A stretch of 64,000 bases of DNA, from NCBI GenBank assembly GCA_013239625.1, contig MU056000.1, forward strand, positions 12,475,175 through 12,539,174, in the 5' to 3' direction. Numbering within the stretch: position 1 is the first letter of the stretch; each line of letters begins with the position of its first letter. The notes below the pieces were generated by a model. The model made no database searches. It had not been told where the DNA came from and saw only the letters and a list, made by a program, of their open reading frames with translations. The position numbers were made by a program, and so were the translations under genes. Positions 1 to 11,658 of this stretch are shown here, one piece after another. The stretch comes from Lama guanicoe. Lineage: Eukaryota.

Positions 1-938
1 TTTGTTTAGTGAAAGAGTTACCGTTGTAAGCGATGTCATATTACGTTATTATTATCTTTGCATTGGCTTGCCAACAGATAAGCAAGGTGAGCATATCTGC
101 CCACCCGGGTGGTTATTTCTTATCTCGGTATTAAACAGAGTCGCAGGCCCCCGGGACACCCTGACACACCGCAGTTGGCCACGGTTTTGATCTTTGCGTC
201 TCTGAGCGGCACTGTGCGGGTTGCCTCGGCTAACTCAGTCTTCCTGAGAGCTGGCTGCCATCAAAACCCGACGGTTCCTTTCCCAGGGCTCTTGTCTTCA
301 CTCCCTCCTCTCCCAAGTCCCGAGAGCACCCTCGCAGGGGCAACGCCGCTCGCCTGGACAGCTGGAACTTAGCGCCGCGCTCGCCCAAAGCCGCAGCTTT
401 CGCGGCTCAGCCCAGCGAGTGCGGGAGCCGCCAGCCCAGCGCGCTTGGTGCCCCGGGGGCGCCGCCCAGACGCGTCTACCGTTGGAGGCCACCCTCAAAC
501 CCGCGGGCATCTGTCCTGACGGGTGGAGGGGAGCTAGCTGGTCACCCCCAACCTCACTGCCTGCCCGGGTATCGGAATCTCAGCCAGACGTCTCGAGCGG
601 CCGGACTGGGATGCTGAGACAGGTAGCAGGTGGCAGGGGGGCGTCATTCATCACCTCCAGGCAGCCCTCTGAGTGTGAGCGAGAGCCCGAGCACGTCTTT
701 TCCAACCGTTCCAGAGAGGGAGAAAGGGGGAGAGAGAGAGGGAGAAAGAGAGAGAGAAAGTGCCTGTAGACAGCCCCGCCGCGCGGCGGGGGAGGGGAGA
801 CGACGAGGGCTGGGGGCAAGCTACTGGAGAGGAATGGAGGAGAGGTGGGGAGGGTGTGGGAAACAGGCATTCAGGGCTGATGTAGAGAGGCAGGAGGAGC
901 ACAGGGATGAAGGGAAGGGGGGAGCGAAAGGAGGGGAC

Positions 939-1094
939 NNNNNNNNNNNNNNNNNNNNNNNNNNNNNNNNNNNNNNNNNNNNNNNNNNNNNNNNNNNNNN
1001 NNNNNNNNNNNNNNNNNNNNNNNNNNNNNNNNNNNNNNNNNNNNNNNNNNNNNNNNNNNNNNNNNNNNNNNNNNNNNNNNNNNNNNNNNNNNNN
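939..1094. other. Assembly gap (156 N) in the proximal promoter
   Basis: Run of N flanked by G/purine-rich sequence. Confidence 1.
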
Positions 1095-1189
1095 GAGGGA
1101 GGCGGGCGGGGTGAGCGAGAGGAGGGAGGGCGGGCGGACGGACGCGCCGGGGGAGGGCGCTGGGCAGGAAGGGGAGGGGGAGCGCGAGC

Positions 1190-1409
1190 GCGAGAAATGC
1201 AGAGGCTGCAGCGGCGGCGGCGGCGGCAGTAGCGGCAGCGGCGACGGCGGCGGCGGCAGCGCTCCAACTCGCTCCTCGCTCCGGGCTCCGCCGTCGAGCC
1301 GGTGAGAGATCTTCTGCCAGCGGCCAGGCACCCGACCGGACGACACCAGCGACCCGGGCCCCTCGGCGGCACCGCGTTCACCCAGGGGCGGCACAGGCAC
1401 CCAGAGCCG
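1190..1409 (+). other. BASP1: BASP1 exon 1 (5' UTR); start approximate
   Basis: GC-rich CGG-containing leader ending CCAGAGCCG|GTAAGG, a consensus donor at 1410. It matches my recollection of the mammalian BASP1 5' UTR, which joins ...GAGCCG to AACTCC..ATG. The TSS cannot be fixed from sequence. Confidence 0.88.
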
Positions 1410-2812
1410 GTAAGGAGGCGCGCCCTGTCGCCCCGCTGCCGCGGCGGACCCGGGGTGCCGGCATCCCCGGGGCCTCCGTTCCCCTTCTGCACCCGCCCCA
1501 CTCCCGAGGCCCTTTGTTCTCTCCCCTAGCTGCAGCCGGGGCTGAGGGGGAAACGGTGCAGGGCCCAATTAGACGGCGCCGGACACGGGATCCCCTCAGT
1601 GACTGCTCCGTCGCGCTACGGGGATCTGGGGTGGTGGGGGCCTCGGAGGTGGGTGGATTCCGCCACTCGCAGGGTGGGGAGGATGGAGGGTTGGTGAGCC
1701 TGATAAATGGAGTTGAGGGGGTGGGTAGTGGGAGGGAAGCTTCTAGTTAAGGAGGAAATTGCCGCCTGTGAAACCCTTTAATCCACTGAGACCCGAAGAG
1801 ACGGTTTTGTGAGGCTGAAGAGTTATCTGTCATCGGCACCATTCACAGCCGGGAAGAAAGCGCTCGGTGCGAGGGGCGCAGCAGCAAAAGATGGAGGGTG
1901 GGGGTGGGGTGGGGCGGGAGTTAGGGGGAGCAAGAATACGGGGACTCTGGTGTGATCGGAAGGAAGGAGGTGCTTTTTGGTTTAGCAAATGGGTTTCCTT
2001 GACCTGTGGGACGCCCGAATCTTGGCTTGGGGTGGCCAAAGAATGCGAGGTTCACACGACAACGTGCCTCCAAAGCACATTTGAGCAGATCAGAGCCCCA
2101 GCCTCGAACGTGGCTGAACTGCTTTCCCATTAACCGGTGGGCTACATCTGAGCATTTATTTTTTCGAGTCTTCGCCTTCGCAGAATGCGCTGGGTGCCCC
2201 TACCCGCGCGGCCCGGCGGGGAGGGTGTGAGCTTGAACCTGACAGCGCGCGGCCCCTAACGGCCCAGACCCGCTGTGAGCGAAGGTTTAGGGTTTAGCAG
2301 GTTTTGCCTGAAGCGCTAACACTGAAATCCGACGCCGGGTCCCTGTTGCCCCTCCCCGCCTTACCGTCCCCTCCCCCTCAAGAATAAAAATTGCAGAATC
2401 CCTGGATCCGAGCGCACACACAATGCGTGGCTCCAAACCGCATTCTTTTCATGAATATTCATCGAACGCTTGGCTGGGCTCCTTATCTGCTTCCCCAGAG
2501 ACATTTCCGCCTTGAAACGAACTCCGCGAACAGTCTTTGCCTGTGTAATTTTCACTCCGCTGAAATTAGTACAGCGCTCACGGGGGCATTTTTAGTACCT
2601 TAAACAGAATTGACGCCACACCTCGGTCTGCCGCGAGGCCACTAGCACATCTGTGATGGCGGGTTAAAATTGGACACTAGCATCGATGTGGTCTTCCTGC
2701 TATAGCAGTGTGGATCAACCTCCCAGGGATTACCGGGGCTAAGAGATCCTCAGCACTGCGGGCAAAATGAATGAATCGGGACTGTAATTACCTATTCCTT
2801 TGTCTTGGCCTC

Positions 2813-2822
2813 GCGCATGCGC
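2813..2822. promoter_or_regulatory. NRF1 consensus site
   Basis: Perfect palindrome GCGCATGCGC at the 3' edge of the CpG island. Confidence 0.5.
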
Positions 2823-5544
2823 CTGAGAGCAGGGTGTGGAGGGCCCCGGCAGCCCCATCTGATCTCTGCATCACCCACCCACCCACTCCCTTACCAAGCC
2901 CAGGAACAAAGGCGTTTACCCTAAATGTTGCGTGAAACCCTTGGACACAAATGACAAGTTTTTCCCTCCTGTGTGTATATTTCTTCCTTTCCAGCCTATC
3001 TAATCGTTTGCTTTCTTAGTGATTTCAACTGATGAAAAATAAGATTAGCCTTGATGGTGAGGGCAAACTGGATTAAATATTTTTTTGTAACCGAACACTG
3101 CTATTTTCTAATACTGTTCATTGTTCTTTTCCTGCATCGTTTTGCACTGCAGTGATGGTGGCTCTCTTAATTTGCATCAATTAACCGTTTCTCTGACAGA
3201 TTTTTGCTGTTGGCCATTTGATTAAGGGATATTCGTCTTAAAACTGACAGTGGGTATCGCCCCTAGTGTCACCATTTGGGAAAAATGAAGACATTTTGGC
3301 ATTTATGTGAACAAGATGGCCTACAAAACCCAGAGCTGAGAAAATGGTTACCTTATCAGGATCCTAACTATATCTGTTTTCTCTTGATTTCTTGATTGTT
3401 CTCCCTTGATTTTCCTCATTGTTTCATTAGGGATCCCAAAGATGAACCCCATGGAGTTGGAAATCCACTGATGGGGAGGAAGAAGTCAGCTGGGGCTGCT
3501 GGGGTGAAGATGATGGTTGATTAAGTTCTTAATTTTTTTTCAATGTCTACCAGAAACCATGATATATATATATACATACATACATACATACCTTTGGTGG
3601 TTGATGGATGATTTTCTTCCCAATGATGTATTATCCAAGGACCATGTACGGCCCTTAAGATTTCTTTTTGGGCTAGTCTGTTCTATCAACTGAAAGGAGA
3701 CTTAACTGTGTACAAAATAGGAGCTAAATATTATATTTTCGCAATGGCACGTTATGCTTGAAAGAATTTTATGCTTAAGTATTCTCAGTACATCCTGGTA
3801 AGACAACACGTGGCAGGAAAATGGGAATCATCTCTTTTGTCCCTTTTAATAAAAACTTGATATTGATCAAATTTAATATAGCAGAGCCTTTACTTGGTAG
3901 GGTAGCTGCCTGGTACCCTCTCTACTTCATAGTACTGAGTGGGTTTTTTTGTTTGTTTGTTTTTTATGGTTTAGGGGGCTAGATGTAGATTTTTCTTTTT
4001 CTTTTTAGGTTTTGTTTTTGAGGGAGGGATGAGTCGGCAGACAGACCATATGCAATAGCAAATATATAACAATATGCCCCCAATTCAATGAGTCTCAGGT
4101 TTTTGAGCAAGATAATTTTTCAATTGAATTCTAAATGATCATTTACCTTATTCTTTTATCCAGCTAGCTTTTTGGCAAGCTGTAGCAGGTGGAGAAAGGG
4201 AAAATTGGGCCTTGTGACAAAATGCACCAACAATGACTGTATTATCAGTGGCGCCAGTGGCGGGCCTCTCCTTAGCTGGTGCTCCTGCTTTCTTTGTGGG
4301 CAGAAGAGGGCCTTCCCTCCCCCCAGACCACCCCAGGGTGAACATCTAATTTGAACACCCTAATCTGAATGGAAGAGCCCTATGGGCTTCGGCTTCTTAT
4401 CTTTGGAGGCGTCTTTATAATCTTCCTGGATTTACTAGAAGATGTGATGTATTCTGTCTCTTTAGTTTTTCTTTTTTTAAAAAAATTCACATTAAGAACA
4501 ATCCCAAACTATTGTTTTCCGTGGTCATAAGTGGAGTGTGAGAAACTTAGGTTTGGAGAGGATTTGCTCACTCTAAAATGGACATCTGTAATATTTCACT
4601 GTGGGGAAAAAAAAAGCAAAATCCAAACCCTTTTTTAAATCAGTTAAGGTGCCATGTATATTTATACACACACATAATTTATACATATAGACTAATGCTA
4701 TAAAATAAGATTTAATTAATGATATGAAGTGAAACTGATTGGTATAGACTATCATTTTATAGTGCTTCATAATAGTCTTCGGAAAATAATTAATTTTCTG
4801 TTTTTCTCAGTGTATATTGAAGGGAGAGCCTAGCTAGTCTACTAAGATGCTCACTTCTAAGTTTTACCAGTGTACCCCTGAAACAAATGGGTTGTATTGA
4901 GCATCTTAAATTAACATGTTCATTTACAGGCTTAAACATTCACATGAAGCACTACCGAACTTGAAGAGCTGTAATAAACAATGCTTACTAAATAAAAGAT
5001 TTATAAAGTTGCTCTGCCTTATTTTTCTGATCACTTGTAAAATTTTGTTTTGAAAAATATCCAGAAAAGGCCTACCAAGTATCATTTGTCAAAAGCAATT
5101 GCCTTTGGTGTCTGATTCTGTTAAAAGAAACGCTTTGATTTGCGCAGGTCTTTATCTTTCTAATATGTAGTTTTTACCTACTCATTTTACACCCTTTTTA
5201 TCAAAAGATTCACATCTTCTTAATGACTGTTTTAGCTGGTAAACTGGAAACCAGGTAACTGAGGAAAAGCCAAACGTGTAGATGCGTTGAAGTTCTCGGG
5301 GAAATGGGTGTGGTATCTGTCTTTTTGTCAAGTTTTCTCAACTCCCTGAATCTTTTCCATTTATTCTGACTCTTAAAACTTTGGATGACACAATGCAATG
5401 TGAATTTTACTCTTCAGCTTAATTATGGTGGGTTAATAGCAGGAAATAACTGAGGTTGTGGACAGCCGGAATTTTTTTTTTTAAAGGAAGTAGTCTTGAT
5501 CGGGAGGCGTCCTCGGGCTTAGTTGGTTTGAAAAATCTCTAGGC

Positions 5545-5720
5545 ACTGGCTGGGCCACTTTGGGCAAATTACTTCAAACCTCTCTAAATTTCACTTTATA
5601 AAAATTGCTATTGTAAAATTTGGAGTAATAATTCCTGTTTTTAGGCTATCCGAAGGATGACACGTATGTCTGGAAAGTGTGTAAGGACAGTGGCTGGCTC
5701 TTAGGGGCCCCTCGCCCTCT
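5545..5720 (+). mobile_element. MIR SINE fragment
   Basis: CTTTGGGCAAATTACTTC.AACCTCTCT...GGAGTAATAAT. Confidence 0.55.
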
Positions 5721-6789
5721 CAGTCTGCATTATCAACACAGGCGGTGTGATTGACATCGGTAACTAATTTCTCTATATTAAGCTGCAGTTTTCTTCCATG
5801 CTGATTAATCAAGACCTGAGGGTTTCCGTGTATTCAGTCAGAAATAGGATATTTCAAACCACATAGAGATACATATTTGAAATTCCGTGAGACAGAAATG
5901 TATGGGAATTTGCCCCAAAGTGGATTGAGTGAAGCCAGAATGGCCACCCTCATCAAATTTCCCATGGCTGCTTCTGGAACTCAAGAGACAGCATTTAAGT
6001 TCTTTTGAGAAAATATAGGAGTAGTCTTAAAACCACAGGAGCTCCCAGCCTGCCAAAGGAGGATTTTTGGTAAATGCCATTCCCTCCACTGCTATTAAGA
6101 CAGACATCTAGGTAAGTGTCTTGTGAGAAAAAAAATGTCCAGTAAACCTTATCAAAAGTAAAAGATAATCGTGTAGATAATCAGATTCTTACCAGGAAAG
6201 AGTAAAAGTGGAATTTTGAAACGATACAAGCCTGGGAAGCAAGGTGATTAAAACAACATTCTCTTCTTCCCTGTGGAACTCAGAAGCCCGATGAGATGGG
6301 ATGCAGAGAAAGTCTCATCACGTGTTTTCCATCTGCGTGCAAAGAATTTAAGTAACTTACAAAATCAGGCTTTCTAAAGGCAGCAGTTTTTTTTTTTTTT
6401 TAAATAAAAACAGGGAAAGCAGGAATTGTGTGGACTAGCCAAGGCTGCCAGTGAGGGGAGGCTGTGATTGAGCATACCTCGAAGTCTAGGAATAAATTCC
6501 TGAAAGCCTGAGAGATTTAGAAATAGAAGCCATCTGCAAGCACAACAGGGACCCAGGTCATAAGGAAAGATGTCAAGATGATATAAGAAAGTGGTGTTCA
6601 GTGGGGAAAGGCCGGGCATTTACACATTTCCTTCTTATCGCTTAAACACTTTATGAACTTGTTTTTAAATTGATTTTTTTATTCTCTTGTTCATTTTGGA
6701 TGAGGGAGGAAGGGCTGGTCTTCACTGGTTTGTTTCTTGAACTTTGCTTTGAAATATACGTTTCAGCTATGGTTTGTACACTGTAGGGA

Positions 6790-7000
6790 GTATGGTGTTT
6801 AGAAAGTGTGACTTGGAGGGCTGAGTGTGGAGCCAGATTCACTAGGTTAAGAATCTTGTCTCAGCCATTGTCTAGCTGTGTGATCTTTGGTAAATTGCTT
6901 AGCTTCTCTGTGCCCCACTTCTCATCTATAAAATGGGGGGGTTATAATGCAGTTATTATAGAGATTAAATGAAGTCATCACACACTTAGGACAATGCCTT
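6790..7000 (+). mobile_element. MIR SINE
   Basis: GGAGCCAGA...CTAGCTGTGTGATCTTTGGTAAATTGCTTAGCTTCTCTGTGCC...CTCATCTATAAAATGGGG core. Confidence 0.85.
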
Positions 7001-10000
7001 ACACATATTTTCTGCATCTCTATAATGCACTTTCACTGTCAAGTGATGAGGAGACCAGCTTTCTTTACTTCATCCTCTATGTCTGTAGCTGTCTCTATGC
7101 TTATTTCAAAGGTCATTATTGCAAGACAGGCTGTTGGTGGTGCCGTGGACAGGAGTTGGGAGAACATAGAAGTCTGTGGTTTAGAAAAATCCTCTTGTAC
7201 TAGTTTCAAAAGTCCAAAGTGGGTAGATGGATACAACTCCAGCCTCCCAACTGAGTTGGTATTGAAATGAAAAGCAATGATGTGAAAGTCCTGAGAGCCT
7301 CAGAGAAAGGCTCAGTGTTTTGATATGTTGACATCTGGACTCCACTGGATGACCTTGGGTATTGACAGAAGTCCTTCATATTCCTGAAACTTGGTGTTGT
7401 GGTGCCCTGAATCAAGATGAATTCATTAGCATTTGAAAGGAGTATCTTAGCCCTTAGTACAAAGATTGTATAAACCAATTTAGGTGTTTAAAATCCTCAG
7501 GACACACCAGGTGCAGGCTTTCGCTTTCCCACATCCCCACCACCCACTCCAGGAGTAAAACTGAAGCTTATCTTATGCAGGAATGTGACTGTATCACCTG
7601 TTGACAAAAGTCTTTGGAAATAATTATCCCCCTGGCAACCTCAGTCACTGTGGAATCTTAAAAAAAAAAAAACAAAAACAAGAAAGTTCTTTGGAATTTC
7701 AGATATTTGAGATGGATCATCCTGGAATCTGGTTTGACCTTTTAGGCATTTAATTCTGGGATCTGCTTAACTAACTTGTTTTTGGCCTTCTGGATCCTTG
7801 GGCTTTGCTGTTCCATGAAGGTCAAGTCATTCTCATTTTGGCTAAATTATTTTTTTAATAGTTTCTTTAAATGGGTTTTTGACTCTTATGAATCAGGATG
7901 ATAATTATATTTAACTTTATCTATCAGATATTCACTGTAGGAAAGAGATTTTGGATATGGTGATTGTATCATTTAAAAAACTTCATCAAAAATTTTTTTC
8001 TTTTATATCTAGAGAAGTTTAGGAATGAAATTGGACACTTAATGAAATTGACTATTTATTGTATGTCATATGCTTTAGTTGAATTTTATCCCCTCAAAAA
8101 AATTGTTAAATGCATTTTATCTGTGAATAAATGAAAAATAGAGGGTTAAATAATGTACCTGAGATCCTGGAGCCAAGAGAATGTGACAAAATTTGAACCC
8201 GTGTCTGATGGCCCCACGCTATTCTGTCTTTCCCTTAAGTCTTGGCCATTTTATCTCATGTCATATGGACACTTGAGGATAAAACGGATAACCTGTTCCA
8301 ACATATTAACATCTTCAATAGAGAGAGTTGTACTAAGTTGTAACATGAAGAATTATTTATCATAGATGAGATACAGCTTACAAAAAAGTTTTAATCCATA
8401 CATATATTAAGTAACCTAGATGAGAAATTCTTCCTTGTCATGGTGAACACGGGCTGATGTCCTTAAGTCACCTCTGTTCTGGGATGATGAGGATGAAGAG
8501 GATGAGGATGATGGCTCCTCTTCAGGACTTTGGATAAATGTGGGTAGTCGGCCCCTTCACTTTCCTCATTACACTTCACAGGTGGCCCACAGTAATCACT
8601 CAAATGCCTTACCTGTAATTCAGCTTTTAAAATACTCACCAGAGAGGCTAGTCAGCCCTCCTGCAGCTATGTAGTAATGGTTGCCTGATGAGAAATAAAC
8701 CAAGTCCTAAATTGGCTACCCCTTTTTTTTCTACCTCGATGCAGAGTTCATTTACAGAAAGTTGGTGATAGCTTTTACGTTCTAAACTACAGCCTCAGTC
8801 CTTTGTAAATACTTGCCATCATAAGTTTGAAAGCTCGTAATTGAAACACTTACTCTGTAACTCAAAAGGACCTTGGACAATTTGGTGGCTTAGTCAGGGT
8901 CTCATGAGCTGGGTAGTGGCTGAGTAGAAACCCAGGTTATTTCCCAAAAAAGCCTCACTCCTGCCGCCCTCCCTTCTTTCTAATTGAGTCAAACTCTTAC
9001 TTACTGTCCACAACTTTAAAAAAAAAATTCCTACCATTCTTTGGCTCTGAGACCATTTTTTGGGAATCCGATCCTGATCCTGTGTCTCTCCCTGCTGCCC
9101 TCCTCAGAGACAGACCCTGGTCTGCGTTTTGATAGCATCCCTTGTGCTGCTCTCTGGTTGCTACCTGCCACTGCGCGATCTGCTCGCCATCTCTACTCCT
9201 CAACTTACCTCTTTTTTGCTCTTACACTACAGACACGTGGTTTCCTTCATATGGCAAAGAACTTACGGCATATGCTGAAGTAGTTTTTCCCATAAAACTA
9301 AATGTTAGTATCATATCTTTGTTTTCCTGCAGAAATAAGCAGTGGTGCAGGCTTTGGAGCCTGTAGGTGGAGGATAGGAGTTTGATAAGAAAGCCAGTTG
9401 GTTTTAGACTTATTTGGGGGCTGCTGAGTGAGCGGAGCGGTCAAGCATGGTGCCCTAGAAGAAATGCTCTGGAATCTCTTGGAAGATCCAACGTGCACAG
9501 TGACGGACAGGAACTTTTATGCCAGTTTCTCGTGTGATCTGGCTTACTGGTTTGAGAGCTGCATAAAAGACCTGGTTTAATCTTTTCTTCTTTAGAATTG
9601 TCATTTATAGTATTGGGGCTGATTTAGGAGATTTAAAAGGGCTAGAAGTTTCTGAAGTTGTCATTAAAATATGGAATTTAAATACTTAAGTTGTTAAAAT
9701 ACTTCATAAAGCTTAATATTCGGATATTTGAAATGGAGTTTAGCAATGTAAACTGTTTATGTGCATTTGTATTTTGAGAAACTGTGATAAGATTAGTTTT
9801 AGATGAGAAAGTTTTAATTTATATTTAAAATGACTTATTTAGACATTTCAGTAGGTGGAGAATAAGCCTTGGGTGAATTTATATTTTTTTCCCAGGGAAA
9901 CCTGCCATAAACAAGTGACTTTGCAGTTTTTGTAGTGCTTTTCATTATTACAGTTTTACAGGTTCAGAAATGAATATTTCTAAAATAAGCCCAAATTAAA

Positions 10001-11642
10001 ACCTCTTTTTTTTTTTAAGTTTATGAAGAATAAGATGTCAGAAAACAGCTTTTCCGGGTTGAACTTTCTAAATTACAAGTTTCCTGGATTGCTTGGCGAA
10101 GTGAATTTGAAAAGACCCACATCATTTACCCATTGACAGCCGGTCAAAACACCGTTACCACACAGATTAATACAACAGCCAAGTTAAATATTAACAAGAT
10201 CTCAGTGGGGAAATAGTTTATCAAAGGCGAAAACAGTAGCAACCATTGGGTAACTGTGAAGACATCCCTGTTCCCTAAGGATGGAAGACAGTCTCCCCGG
10301 AATTGTCGAGTCTTTACAAAGTATCGCTTTAAGCCTCTCTGGGCTTGTCTTGGAAACTCTACAGGCAGTAGGGGTATTTTTCTTTACAAATGCTCTCAGC
10401 GGTTTCAGTCCAGGTCAACAGCATCTGTATTTGCCGTAGACATATTTAAGATGACTGGAGAAAAGGAGCATCTAGAGAAATCAATGACTTACAGGGGGGT
10501 AGATTTGCAATGACTTCCTCCTGCCATTACCCTGCATTCCATCAAGAAGGTAGGCTGAGGTTATGTGGCCACTTGAGTATTTACTAAGGACTTAAATGAT
10601 TAAATGAGGGGCTCTGGAATCGTCTCTGAATGACTCATTTTCCTAAAGAAAAAAAGAAAGACTCTCAATTAACAATTGGTGATGACAATAGCGCTTAGGA
10701 TCTCATGGTCACCCAACCTCGGTGGATCCTGCCCCACTTACCATGGTTTATTTTGGCACTAGGGTTTCCTCAGTCGCTCTGGTGATCTTTTGTTGAGACC
10801 TCAAGCTGTGAATTCCCAGGGCTCACCCAACTGGACTTTGGTAGAAACCTGCTTCCAGAACTTTCAGTGTGTGGTTTTTAGACAAATAGTAACAAGTGTT
10901 GGTAGCAATGTTGTCCAGAAGGCTGTTAACACAAGACGGACAGTGGTTTCCCAGGTACGTGTTGCTTCATGTGGCTCACACCTGAATGTCACTGTTACCC
11001 CTTGTCTATCTGGCGATTGACTAATGGAAAGTCTCCTTGAAAGTTCTGTCGGTGGAAGAGACAGAAACACTAGGTCCCTACATTTATCTCCATCCTTTCT
11101 ATTCTAACTGGTTTTGTTTCCACCATCCAGAGAGCTTCACCTTGATTTCATCTATATGAAAGTCCTCTGGGTGGGTGGGTATCGGCTCATCCTAGGAGAA
11201 CTCAACTGGCCACAGTGCAGAGAGAAGCCACTACACAGTGGAATTAGAACACATGATTTCACTAAGGTAAGAGTTGTGGTTTTAAATCCAAAAGGAGTTC
11301 TACTCATCCTTCTAAGCTATGATGTTTAATTTACTACTAACAGAATGCTGAGAATGTAGCAAAAACTGTATTTTACGAAACTGAATTTGAATGTCGGCAG
11401 GCTTCCATCTCTCTGCCTCACCCAACCCTGTTGGTTAGTCCTTCCTGCTTAAAAAATATCACTTTGTGGCACTTTAAACGTCAGTAGTAACACATTCTTT
11501 GACTATATCCTGATTTCCAGCAGTAAGTATTGCCAAGTTAAGGGGAGAAGAAATGGCGGTTAGAGGAAGCAACTGGCGAATTAGTTAGGATTGGTCCTCA
11601 TTCAGTTTGTCCTAAACTAAATTAGGGTTTGTACTCATGGCA

Positions 11643-11658
11643 CCCCCCCCCCCCCCCC
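11643..11658. repeat. C16 homopolymer
   Basis: Directly read. Confidence 0.95.

Larger units (their letters stand above)
100..2900. promoter_or_regulatory. CpG-island promoter of BASP1 (boundaries approximate)
   Basis: Visibly high GC and CpG density against an AT-rich intron; GC boxes GGGCGG at 1104, 1128 and 1132; no TATA box seen upstream of exon 1. Confidence 0.88.

Noticed and set aside
630..1568. Long ORFs on both strands across the promoter
   Set aside because: Inflated by the N gap and high GC content; no coding signature apart from the short uORF reported above.
3258..3270. CTCF-like CGCCCCTAGTGTC
   Set aside because: One G short in the core and mismatched at the conserved CC.
8484..8512. 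GAT/GAG triplets resembling an acidic coding stretch
   Set aside because: Short simple repeat with no supporting ORF or splice sites.
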